DNA of 24,711 nucleotides from Archangiaceae bacterium (GTDB lineage: Bacteria; Myxococcota; Myxococcia; Myxococcales; Myxococcaceae), in NCBI GenBank assembly GCA_043750125.1, contig JAYVCD010000434.1, forward strand, positions 1-24,711, given 5' to 3'. Positions 9,003-16,779 of this stretch are shown one piece after another. The number at the start of each line of letters is the position of its first letter. The first letter of the stretch is position 1. The position numbers and the translations under genes are program-made. The notes beneath the pieces are model-generated. The model did not search any database, had not been told where the DNA came from, and saw only the letters and a program-made list of their open reading frames with translations.

Positions 9003-9049
9003 TTGACTTACTGACCGGTGGTCACTAATTGATGACCAAGAGTCACTAA
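9003..9049 (+). promoter_or_regulatory. Tandem TetR-type operators overlapping a probable promoter
   Basis: TTAcTGACC-ggt-GGTCAcTAA (9008-9028) and TTgaTGACC-aag-AGTCAcTAA (9029-9049) repeat with a 21-bp period; -35-like TTGACT at 9003-9008. Confidence 0.7.
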
Positions 9050-9077
9050 CGGCTCTGTCTTCAGAAAGGGTCACCCG

Positions 9078-9116
9078 ATGAACGTCCACTTTGGTTTTCG
9101 CGAGCGGTTCGCGTGA
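9078..9116 (+). other. 12-codon mini-ORF (MNVHFGFRERFA*) with SD, coupled to the TetR start; leader peptide or gene remnant
   Basis: SD-like AGAAAGGG at 9063-9070, 7 nt before ATG 9078; TGA 9114-9116 overlaps the TetR GTG (GTGA). Confidence 0.45.
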
Positions 9117-9691
9117 AGAAGAAACGCCTCGTCCGCCGACGGCTCGCCCCCGAGGCCCGCCGGGAAGAGCTGATCGACGCGGCGATCAAGGTGATGCGAG
9201 AGCAGGGGGACGTGGTCCCGCGGATCTCGGACGTGACCTCTGCCGCCGGCGCCGCGAAGGGCACCTTCTACCTCTACTTCGCCAGCTGGGACGAGCTGGT
9301 GATCGCGGTCCGAGATCGCCTCACCGAGGGGATTCGCGCGGGAATGAAGCTGCGCGCCGAAGGCGTGAAGGCCGACGAGTGGAGAGACTTCCTCGAGCAG
9401 GAAGCCGAGCGCTTCGTCGATGACCTGCTCGGGTTGGGGCCGCTGCATCAAGCCATCTTCCACGGCCCTTCGAGCTTTCGTTCGACCGGGGTCGGAAGTC
9501 CGGCGGTGGTCTTCGTCTCCCACCTGCTCGAGCGGGGGATCAAGGCCGGCGCATTTCAAATCAAAGACGTTCCCACCGCGGGCCTGCTGTTGTTCAGCGC
9601 GTGGCACGCAGTGGGCGATGCAATCTCCCGCGGGGGCGACCGGCGAAAGCTGCTCGAGGGGCTGAACGGGCTGATGCGGAGCTGGCTATGA
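9113..9691 (+). CDS. TetR/AcrR family transcriptional regulator
   Basis: N-terminal HTH RREELIDAAIKVM...ISDVTSAAGAAKGTFYLYFASWDEL; 192 aa. Confidence 0.93.
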   Translation: MKKKRLVRRRLAPEARREELIDAAIKVMREQGDVVPRISDVTSAAGAAKGTFYLYFASWDELVIAVRDRLTEGIRAGMKLRAEGVKADEWRDFLEQEAERFVDDLLGLGPLHQAIFHGPSSFRSTGVGSPAVVFVSHLLERGIKAGAFQIKDVPTAGLLLFSAWHAVGDAISRGGDRRKLLEGLNGLMRSWL

Positions 9692-9858
9692 CCCGGCTGC
9701 TCCAACACGCAATCGATACCCGCCCGCTGCGCATTCGCCCCTACCGCAATCTGCTGATCGGCCAGGGCGCCGCGTTCCCGTTCTGGGACTACGACTCGAG
9801 CGCCGCGCCAGCGCCGCTGACCCTCGCGGTGGGCAATCAAATTTCTGCCACTCCGTAG
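9688..9858 (+). pseudogene. Internally deleted MFS transporter remnant (EntS/DHA3-like N-terminus joined to a C-terminus-like tail)
   Basis: ATG overlaps the TetR stop (ATGA). Product MTRLLQHAIDTRPLRIRPYRNLLIGQG|AAFPFWDYDSS...: the first part resembles MFS N-termini (DxRPLRxxxYRxLxxGQ) and the second resembles the PxFWxYD C-terminus, with all TM helices missing. Confidence 0.6.
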
Positions 9859-9961
9859 ACGAGGCGGTCGCGTCTGAAATCCCATCCGGTCGCGGCAGGT
9901 GGCCGTGGGCCCGAGAATCCACTCGGGCACACGGCTGCGTTTGTGGTTAAGCCTCGCCCCG

Positions 9962-10594
9962 GTGAGTCTTCGAATTCAACAGCTTCAACAGCTGCAGCGG
10001 CTTCATCTGCGGCTCGATGCGTGCCAGCTGTGCCCGAACATGATTGGCCCGGTGGTCCATGGGCCGCAGGTCCTCTCGACGATTTTTCTGATTGGCCAGG
10101 CTCCCGGGCCGCGCGAGGGCAGCTTCGGCCGCCCCTTCGCGTGGACCGCCGGAAAGACGCTGTTTCGCTGGTTCCACCAGGCGCTCGGCGTCGACGAAGA
10201 GACGGTGCGCCAAAAGGTGTTCATCTCGGCAGTGGCGCGGTGCTTTCCCGGCAAGGCCAAAGGGGGAGGGGATCGCCGCCCCGACGAGTTCGAAATCGCC
10301 TCTTGCCGCCAATGGCTGGAAGGCGAAGTGAAAGTGCTTCGACCGAAGTTGCTGTTACCCGTCGGCTCAATGGCGATCGAGCAGGTGCTGCAGCAAAAAG
10401 CGCCGCTCAAAGATTTCGTGGGAAAGGTTTTGCGCCACGAATACCTGGGCCAGCCGGTCGACGTCCTCTGCCTTCCGCACCCTTCCGGAGCGTCGACCTG
10501 GCATCGGATGGAACCGGGAATCGGGTTGCTGAACAAGGCGCTGAAGCTGCTGGGCAAACATCCCGCGGTCCTCGAGGCATTCGCCCCGCGCTGA
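9962..10594 (+). CDS. Uracil-DNA glycosylase superfamily protein (family 4/5-like, probable Fe-S cysteines)
   Basis: CQLC, motif A IGQAPGPRE, RCFPG, DRRP...IASC and motif B LPHPSGAS; GTG at 9962 chosen as start. Confidence 0.9.
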   Translation: MSLRIQQLQQLQRLHLRLDACQLCPNMIGPVVHGPQVLSTIFLIGQAPGPREGSFGRPFAWTAGKTLFRWFHQALGVDEETVRQKVFISAVARCFPGKAKGGGDRRPDEFEIASCRQWLEGEVKVLRPKLLLPVGSMAIEQVLQQKAPLKDFVGKVLRHEYLGQPVDVLCLPHPSGASTWHRMEPGIGLLNKALKLLGKHPAVLEAFAPR

Positions 10595-10694
10595 TCAATT
10601 CGGACCCGACGGGGGCACGGCTGCCGCGGGGGAGTGCAGAGTGCGAGCGGGTTGAGGCGGTTTTCGCACCAGGTGTGGTACGCCTCGCCGCACG

Positions 10695-11879
10695 ATGGCC
10701 TTCCCTCCCAAAGCATTCGCGACCCACGACGGCCGGGTCTATTCCGAGTGGGAAGTCCACAAGCTCGCCGTCAGCGGGCTGCGAAAATTCGCGCTCGCCG
10801 GCGTGCTGAGCTCGGCTTTTCTCGTTCTGCTCGACGCGCTCGTCTTCCGCGAGGGGCGGCCCGAAGTGGCGCTGCCGGGGTGGTTGCCGCGCGTCGCGCT
10901 CGGGCTGGCCGCTGCGATCTCGATTTGTTTTTTCGCGATGGCCCAGGGCCGCAAGGTCGAGCTGCAGCGACCCGGGATCCTCGCGGTTCTGCTCGCGTTC
11001 ACTTTGAGCGCGGCCGGAGCGATGGCCGCCGCTTCCGCCGGTGGGCTCAACGGCCCGCTGGGCTTCGGCCTGGTTCCGGTCCTCTTCTTCTGGCCGATGC
11101 TGATGCCCGGCGGAACCCTCGCCGCGCTCGTTCCCATCGGGGGAGGCGTGCTGCTTCACCTGAGCCTCGTCCTCGGCTTGTCCGACAGCGGCCTGACGGC
11201 CGAAGGGCGGGCGCTGGGCGGAGTGCTGGTGATGGCGTCCGCCGCCGCCCTCGGCACCGCCCAGGCGATTGATCATTGGCGCGCGCGGGCGGCGGAATTT
11301 TCGCAGCACGACTGGCTGACCCACGCGCTCTCGCGGCCCTTTCTGGAAGAGCGGCTCGGGGCGCTGTGCGTTCAACGCGCGCGCAGCCTGGCCCCGGTCT
11401 CGCTGGTGATGTTCGACCTCGATCGGTTCAAGAACATCAACGACACCTGGGGCCGCGGCGCCGGAGATGAAGTGCTCGAGATGCTCGTCTCGGGAGTGAA
11501 AGCCGAGATTCGCGCCAGCGATTTCATCGGCCGTTACGGCGGCGACGAGTTCCTGCTCGTGCTCGACGAGTGCGAGGGCAACGCCGCGATGTCGCTGCTC
11601 GACCGACTTCGGCAGCGCTTCGGCGACAAGCCGATGACCGTCGGCGACAACCAGGTCCGAATCAGCTTCTCGGCCGGAATCGTTTCGGTCGGGGCAGGCG
11701 ACCCGCTGGTGGTGAAGGACCTGCTGCGCAACGCCGAACGCGCGTTGGTCAACAGCAAGGAAGCCGGCCGCAACCGCACCGCGATGGCGCCGCCTCCGGC
11801 TCCCCCCGAAGCGCCTTCGGGCGAACGCGTTCCTCCCGGGCCGGCCACCAATCCGGAAGAAACCGTCATCGGCAGTTAG
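10695..11879 (+). CDS. Membrane-bound diguanylate cyclase (GGDEF)
   Basis: About 5-6 N-terminal TM segments; DWLT, DLDRFKNINDTWG, I-site RASD and active site RYGGDEF; Pro-rich C-terminal tail. Confidence 0.93.
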   Translation: MAFPPKAFATHDGRVYSEWEVHKLAVSGLRKFALAGVLSSAFLVLLDALVFREGRPEVALPGWLPRVALGLAAAISICFFAMAQGRKVELQRPGILAVLLAFTLSAAGAMAAASAGGLNGPLGFGLVPVLFFWPMLMPGGTLAALVPIGGGVLLHLSLVLGLSDSGLTAEGRALGGVLVMASAAALGTAQAIDHWRARAAEFSQHDWLTHALSRPFLEERLGALCVQRARSLAPVSLVMFDLDRFKNINDTWGRGAGDEVLEMLVSGVKAEIRASDFIGRYGGDEFLLVLDECEGNAAMSLLDRLRQRFGDKPMTVGDNQVRISFSAGIVSVGAGDPLVVKDLLRNAERALVNSKEAGRNRTAMAPPPAPPEAPSGERVPPGPATNPEETVIGS

Positions 11880-11900
11880 TCGGTCGTCGGGGGCGCTGAA

Positions 11901-12497
11901 GTGGGCAAGAAGGTCGTCGAAGACAAGCGGCAGGCGATTTTAGACGCCGCCCTTTCTCTGTTTGCAGATCAAGGCTTCCACGGCACCAGCGTGCCGCAGA
12001 TTGCTCAGAAGGCGGGCGTCGCCGCCGGCACGCTCTACCGCTACTTCGAGGGCAAAGAGGCGATGGTCAACGTCCTCTACCGCCACTGGCGCCAGACGGT
12101 GCAGCAGTTCGTGCTCGAGGAATTTCCGTTTGCCGCCACGCCCCGCGAGCAGTTCGGTGCGTACTGGCGCCGGCTCTTCGCCTTCGCGATGAAGTACCCC
12201 AAGGCGATCGCCTTCCTCGACTTTCACCACCACCAGCCGTACCTCGACGCCGAGAGCTTCGAGGCCGAGAAAGTGGGCCGCGAGACGCTGCGCCCGTTCA
12301 TCGAGAGCGCGCAGCAACACGGAGTGCTGAAGGCGGTGCAGCCCGAAGTCATCATGGCGATCACCATCGGGGCGTTGATCGGCCTGGTGAAGGCCGCCCG
12401 TGAGGGCAACGTGAAGCTCAGCCCCGGGCTGATTCGCGACGCGGAAGAAGTCTGCTGGTCGGGCGTCTCGGTGCCGGCTTCCCGCTCGAAGAAGTAG
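11901..12497 (+). CDS. TetR/AcrR family transcriptional regulator
   Basis: KRQAILDAALSLFADQGFHGTSVPQIAQKAGVAAGTLYRYFEGKE HTH signature. Confidence 0.95.
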   Translation: MGKKVVEDKRQAILDAALSLFADQGFHGTSVPQIAQKAGVAAGTLYRYFEGKEAMVNVLYRHWRQTVQQFVLEEFPFAATPREQFGAYWRRLFAFAMKYPKAIAFLDFHHHQPYLDAESFEAEKVGRETLRPFIESAQQHGVLKAVQPEVIMAITIGALIGLVKAAREGNVKLSPGLIRDAEEVCWSGVSVPASRSKK

Positions 12498-12520
12498 GTT
12501 CGTTGCGGTTGCTGTGTGCG

Positions 12521-12538
12521 AATGAATAAACATTCATT
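12521..12538. promoter_or_regulatory. Palindromic operator AATGAAT-aaac-ATTCATT (probable TetR site 1)
   Basis: 7-bp-arm inverted repeat; AT-rich island between TetR and the monooxygenase. Confidence 0.65.
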
Positions 12539-12627
12539 AGCGATCGAGACCGGAACCGCCGCTGCCCAATGCCCGATAGGCTACGGCTGAAAAGAAATTC
12601 GCATTCGGAACCGAGACGCGGTAGTAG

Positions 12628-12647
12628 TGAATGAACGTTCATTCATT
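12628..12647. promoter_or_regulatory. Palindromic operator TGAATGAACGTTCATTCA(TT) (probable TetR site 2)
   Basis: Perfect 18-bp palindrome at 12628-12645; also fits AATGAA-N6-TTCATT (12630-12647) shared with site 1; about 20 bp upstream of the monooxygenase ATG. Confidence 0.7.
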
Positions 12648-12666
12648 CGATTCACGAGAGGTTCGC

Positions 12667-13968
12667 ATGCGTCGTCTTTCCTGGGTTCTGCTGGTTCTCG
12701 CCGTCGTCGGGTGTGGGGTCGCCCCGTCTTCCACCGACCCGACCTGGCACCGCGACGTGGCTCCGATCATCGAGCGCAGCTGCAGTGGGTGCCACCAGTC
12801 GGGAGGCATCGGTCCGTTCGCGCTGACCACCCTCGAGCAGGTGACCCAGCGGGGCCCCGCCGTGCGCGCCGCGGTCGAGTCGAAGCGAATGCCGCCGTTC
12901 CTCGCCGCTTCGAACTGCAACCAGTACCTCGATGACCCTTCGCTGAGCGCCGAACAGATTGCGACGCTCGGAAAGTGGTTCGACGCCGGCGCTCCGGAAG
13001 GGGTCGAAGGCCCAGCGGTCAATCGGCTGGAAGAAGGCGGTGGGCTGACCCGGGTCGACCTCCAGCTGAAGATGCCGGTCGACTACACCCCCCACGGCAC
13101 CGATGACTACCGCTGCTTCGTCATCGACTGGCCCTACCCGACGACGAAGTACGTCACCGGGTTCCGCGCCCGCCCTGGCAACGCGAGCATCGTGCACCAC
13201 GTGATCGGCTTCCTGATTCCGCCCGAGCGCGCCGCCGTCTACCAGAAGCTCGACGACGACGAAGCGGGCGCCGGCTACACCTGCTTCGGCGGAGCGGGCT
13301 CGGGAAATGACCGGGGGATCAGCTGGGTCGGAGCGTGGGCTCCCGGCGGCGCCGGCAACATGTACGCCGAAGGCACCGGCTTACCGGTCAAGCCGGGCAG
13401 CAAGATCGTCGTCCAGGTCCACTACAACTCGCGCACCCAGACGCCCGGCTCTGACCGCACCACGCTCGAGATGGCGTTGGCCGACCAGGTTCGACACGAG
13501 GCGGTGCTCACTCCGTTCACCAACCCCGAGTGGACGAACGGGGTGGGGATGCAGATTCCCGCTCTTCAAAAGGAAGTCACCCACGCGTGGGGGCTGGACC
13601 CGACCCCGTACCTGGGGCTGATGACCAACGGGCTGCTGCCGAGCAACACCCCGGTGAAAATCCACATGACCAGCCTTCATCAACACCTGCTCGGGACGAA
13701 GAGCCGACTGTCGATTCAGCACTCCGACGGGACCAACGAATGCCTGCTCGAGATTCCGCAGTGGGACTTCCACTGGCAGCGCAACTACCAGTTGAAGCAC
13801 CCCACGACGTTGAATCCCGGGGACCAGCTGCAGATTTCCTGCACCTGGGACAATTCGGCTGAGCATCAACCGCTGGTGGGGGGCCTTGCGCAAACCTCGC
13901 GCGACGTGAAGTGGGGCGAGAGCACCACCGACGAGATGTGCCTGGGCGTGGTCTACGTGACCGAGTAA
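12667..13968 (+). CDS. Copper type II (PHM/DBH-like) monooxygenase lipoprotein with N-terminal c-type heme motif
   Basis: SD GAGAGG then MRRLSWVLLVLAVVG-C lipobox; CSGCH and RMPP; DDYRCF, IVHHVI, QVHYN, HQH, WDFHWQ and TTDEMC match PHM CuH/CuM ligand motifs. Confidence 0.88.
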   Translation: MRRLSWVLLVLAVVGCGVAPSSTDPTWHRDVAPIIERSCSGCHQSGGIGPFALTTLEQVTQRGPAVRAAVESKRMPPFLAASNCNQYLDDPSLSAEQIATLGKWFDAGAPEGVEGPAVNRLEEGGGLTRVDLQLKMPVDYTPHGTDDYRCFVIDWPYPTTKYVTGFRARPGNASIVHHVIGFLIPPERAAVYQKLDDDEAGAGYTCFGGAGSGNDRGISWVGAWAPGGAGNMYAEGTGLPVKPGSKIVVQVHYNSRTQTPGSDRTTLEMALADQVRHEAVLTPFTNPEWTNGVGMQIPALQKEVTHAWGLDPTPYLGLMTNGLLPSNTPVKIHMTSLHQHLLGTKSRLSIQHSDGTNECLLEIPQWDFHWQRNYQLKHPTTLNPGDQLQISCTWDNSAEHQPLVGGLAQTSRDVKWGESTTDEMCLGVVYVTE

Positions 13969-13979
13969 CGCGCCTAGAC

Positions 13980-15335
13980 CTAGAGCGTCTTCAGGTACTC
14001 GAGCACCGCGCGGCGCTGGGTCGGGTCGAGCTCGAGGCCGAACTCGTGCCCGCGGTTGCTCTTTCCGTACAGCGCGGTGTCGTACACCGCTGGCCCGCTG
14101 CAGTCCGCCGGCACTTCGCTTTCCCAGCCGACGCGATTCAGGTCGTACCGTCGGCTGTCGCGGGCCCGCAGAAAGCACGCCGGCCGCAGCGCGGGAGTGA
14201 GCAGGGCTTCCAGCGTCGGCACCGAGCCGTTGTGGAGGTAGGGCGCGGTGGCCCACACCCCATCGAGCGGGGGAGCGATGTACCCCGAGCTCGCCGCCAT
14301 CGAGGAATGAGCGCCGAACCAGGTGCGGTTGTAGTGCTCGGCGAAGCCCAGCCGATGCATGAAGTCGTTGCGCGCGGGGTCAGTGCCGACCTTCGCGAGC
14401 GCCACCACCTTTGACGGATACGAGGGGTGAGTTCCGTATTCGCCATGGCAGCCCGAGCAGGTCTCTTCGAACAGCGCTTCACCCCGCTGCGCCAGCGCCC
14501 GGTCGATCGAACCGGGAAAGCGGGGCGGCTCGAGCGTCTTCAGGTACGCGAGCACGTCGGCGAAGTCCGGCTCGGCGGCGACCAGGTCGGCGCCGGTGTT
14601 TCCCGGCGGAGACATGAACTGCATCAGCGAACGGGTGAAGTCGCCCTCGAGCTCCCCGCCGTAATACAGCCGGGTCTTCTTCTTCAGCAGCCACCACGCG
14701 GGAATGTCGGTCTCGGGCGGCGGCGTCGACAGCATCGGGTAATACGCCGGCTCGACCCAGGCGAAGTCTTCCGGCCGGCGGTGCGAGAAGAAGTACCCGG
14801 TGAAGTAGAGGGCCGCGACCGAGCCCCAGGTCCTGGCCCGCGCGTAGGGAGCGATCTCTCTTTGAAACCGCAGCCAGTCTTCCAGCACCTTCATCTCGGA
14901 ATCGGTCGGAGTGAGCGCCTTGAGCTTCTCCTCGTCGACCAGCGCGCTTTGAGGAGCGAGGGTCGCGTCGAGAAAGGAATTGCCCAGGCCGATCACCCAC
15001 TGTCCCCGCAGCGGGCCGGCGTGACAGAGCAGACAGTTCTCCGCGACGATCGGAACCTCGTCGAGCCAACGTCCGGTGTATCCGTTGGGCACCGAAGAGT
15101 TGATCCCCTCGCGATCTTCCAGCGACGAGTTCATGTCTTCGGGGTCGAACACCGGAGTCCTCAGCGCATTGACCAGCGTGACCGGCACGCCCACCTTCAA
15201 ATAGCTGCGGTTGAGCAGCAGCTTGCGTCCCCGCTCGGGCGACGGGGCCAGCACCGCTTCCCCCACGTCGGGCTCGATGAATCGAACCGGGAAACAGGAC
15301 GCCAGCAGCAGCCCCGCGCAGAAAAGCCGACGCAC
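13980..15335 (-). CDS. Di-heme c-type cytochrome lipoprotein, RoxA/RoxB (rubber oxygenase)/bCcP-MauG superfamily-like
   Basis: Start GTG 15335 gives MRRLFCAGLLLAS-C lipobox; CLLCH and CSGCH; DIPAWW, VGTDPAR, GYIAPPLDGVWATAPYLHNGSVPTL, GKSNRGHEF and C-terminal LEYLKTL. Confidence 0.85.
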   Translation of the reverse strand: MRRLFCAGLLLASCFPVRFIEPDVGEAVLAPSPERGRKLLLNRSYLKVGVPVTLVNALRTPVFDPEDMNSSLEDREGINSSVPNGYTGRWLDEVPIVAENCLLCHAGPLRGQWVIGLGNSFLDATLAPQSALVDEEKLKALTPTDSEMKVLEDWLRFQREIAPYARARTWGSVAALYFTGYFFSHRRPEDFAWVEPAYYPMLSTPPPETDIPAWWLLKKKTRLYYGGELEGDFTRSLMQFMSPPGNTGADLVAAEPDFADVLAYLKTLEPPRFPGSIDRALAQRGEALFEETCSGCHGEYGTHPSYPSKVVALAKVGTDPARNDFMHRLGFAEHYNRTWFGAHSSMAASSGYIAPPLDGVWATAPYLHNGSVPTLEALLTPALRPACFLRARDSRRYDLNRVGWESEVPADCSGPAVYDTALYGKSNRGHEFGLELDPTQRRAVLEYLKTL

Positions 15336-15340
15336 CTTCG

Positions 15341-15640
15341 CTACTCGAGCACGCAGCCACGCCGCGCATCGACGAAGTGGGCCCGGGCGCCCCACTCGAC
15401 CAGCGCCGTCGCCTCGACCGTCTTGTTGTTCATGTCGATGGTGAAGCGCGCGACGTCGGGGGACGCCTTGACCCAGGCACTGCAGAATTCCTGGGACATC
15501 TTCATCACGAACAGACAACTGCACGACATGCGCGCGGCGTTTCCCACCGCCAGCTCTACGTCGTTGTTGTCGTAGGTCTGCGGCTCGGCGTTTCGATTGG
15601 CGCACCCGGCCAGCAGCACCAGCAGCGACAGGCGCTTCAT
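15341..15640 (-). CDS. Small Cys-rich lipoprotein resembling the N-terminal accessory domain of beta-lactamase-like serine hydrolases
   Basis: Lipobox MKRLSLLVLLAG-C; GNAARMSCSCLFV...EFC...ARAHFVDARRGCVLE; start overlaps the hydrolase stop (ATGA). Confidence 0.78.
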   Translation of the reverse strand: MKRLSLLVLLAGCANRNAEPQTYDNNDVELAVGNAARMSCSCLFVMKMSQEFCSAWVKASPDVARFTIDMNNKTVEATALVEWGARAHFVDARRGCVLE

Positions 15641-16779
15641 CGGGCCACCTCGAGGCTCAACGGAATGAGCCTGGCCAGCGAGATTCCATCCTGCCGATCA
15701 TCGCCGGTGCGCACGATGACCACGTCCTCGCTCGGGACCACCACGATGAACTGCCCCCAGTGACCAATCGCCGAATAGGCGTCGCCCGGAGCGTCCTTCC
15801 ACGGTTTCTCTTTCACGTCCCCCGCCACCTTGTTCAGCCACCACATCCACCCATTGGGCAACGTCTCGCTCGGACCCGCGGACGAAATGAAAGAGGGCGA
15901 GGGTTCGGTCGACCGCTTCACCCAATCTTCGGGGAGCAAGCGGGTTCCATTCCAGCAGCCGTCGTGAAGATAGAGGTAGCCGATTCGGGCGTAGTCCCGC
16001 GCCGTCGCAAACAGGTGGCTGCCACCCAGCGGAGTGCCCTTCTCGTCCTCTTCGAACGTGACACCGCGCATTCCAATCACGTCGAACAGCGCGTGCCAGG
16101 CCCAATCTTTCCCATGCTTCGGCTGCAGCGCGAGCTTGGCCACCGCCGACAGCAGCGTCGCTTCCCCGGTGGAATAGCGCCACTTGACCCCCGGCTCGGC
16201 GTACGACCGATGGCGGGTGATGAAGCTCAGAACGTCGCGGTGCCCCTCGCCAAACAGCATCGCGATCACACTCGACACCTGGTACGACTGGTCCTCGTAT
16301 TCTTCCTGCCAATCGAGCCCCGAGCTGAACTCGAGCAGGTGGTGAACCGTGATTTTGCAAATCGCTTCGGGCTGATTTGGGAGCACCTGGCAAATCGACT
16401 GGTCGAGCTCGAGCAGCCCCTGCTGCACCGCCCTTCCAATCAACGCGCTGGTTACCGACTTGGCGACGCTCCACGAGATGTGGATTTTCCCCTCGTCCCA
16501 CCCGCGGGCGTACTTCTCGTAGACGATTTGCCCGCCCTTGATGATCAGCAGCGCGTCGGTGCGTTGCCCCAATCGCTCGCTGTCCTTGCCGACCAGCGTA
16601 AAGGCCAGCTCTTCGAGCGCGGCGATCTGCGTCTTCTTCGCTTCCCTCACCTCGGCCGCTCTCGAGGGCCAGCTGTCGGTGGGGAAGTTGGCCGCCACGC
16701 ACGGAACGGCCAGGGCGGGTAGGGGACTGAACACCCCCAGCAGCAGCAGGGCGCAACGCATTCGAAGAGAGGGCATCAC
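15637..16779 (-). CDS. Secreted serine hydrolase, class C beta-lactamase/NylB-like family
   Basis: Signal peptide; SxxK (SWSVAKS), LLEFSSGL, WRYSTG, ARDYARIGYLYL, LLPEDWV and AIGHWGQ. Start could be GTG 16779, ATG 16776 or a Met slightly downstream. Confidence 0.93.
   Translation of the reverse strand: MMPSLRMRCALLLLGVFSPLPALAVPCVAANFPTDSWPSRAAEVREAKKTQIAALEELAFTLVGKDSERLGQRTDALLIIKGGQIVYEKYARGWDEGKIHISWSVAKSVTSALIGRAVQQGLLELDQSICQVLPNQPEAICKITVHHLLEFSSGLDWQEEYEDQSYQVSSVIAMLFGEGHRDVLSFITRHRSYAEPGVKWRYSTGEATLLSAVAKLALQPKHGKDWAWHALFDVIGMRGVTFEEDEKGTPLGGSHLFATARDYARIGYLYLHDGCWNGTRLLPEDWVKRSTEPSPSFISSAGPSETLPNGWMWWLNKVAGDVKEKPWKDAPGDAYSAIGHWGQFIVVVPSEDVVIVRTGDDRQDGISLARLIPLSLEVAR

Noticed and set aside
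9857..9875. Hairpin AGACG...CGTCT after the MFS remnant as a terminator
   Set aside because: Short imperfect stem with no U-tract.
10621..10670. GTGCGA...TCGCAC dyad upstream of the GGDEF gene as a riboswitch or ncRNA
   Set aside because: Only 6-bp arms in GC-rich DNA and no c-di-GMP riboswitch consensus recognised.
15336..15605. Extended N-terminus of the di-heme protein ORF
   Set aside because: Overlaps the small lipoprotein gene; a clean lipoprotein signal begins at GTG 15335.
15637..16779. Antibiotic-resistance beta-lactamase call
   Set aside because: YST replaces YxN and there is no KTG triad, which fits esterase/amidase members of the family; resistance function is unsupported.
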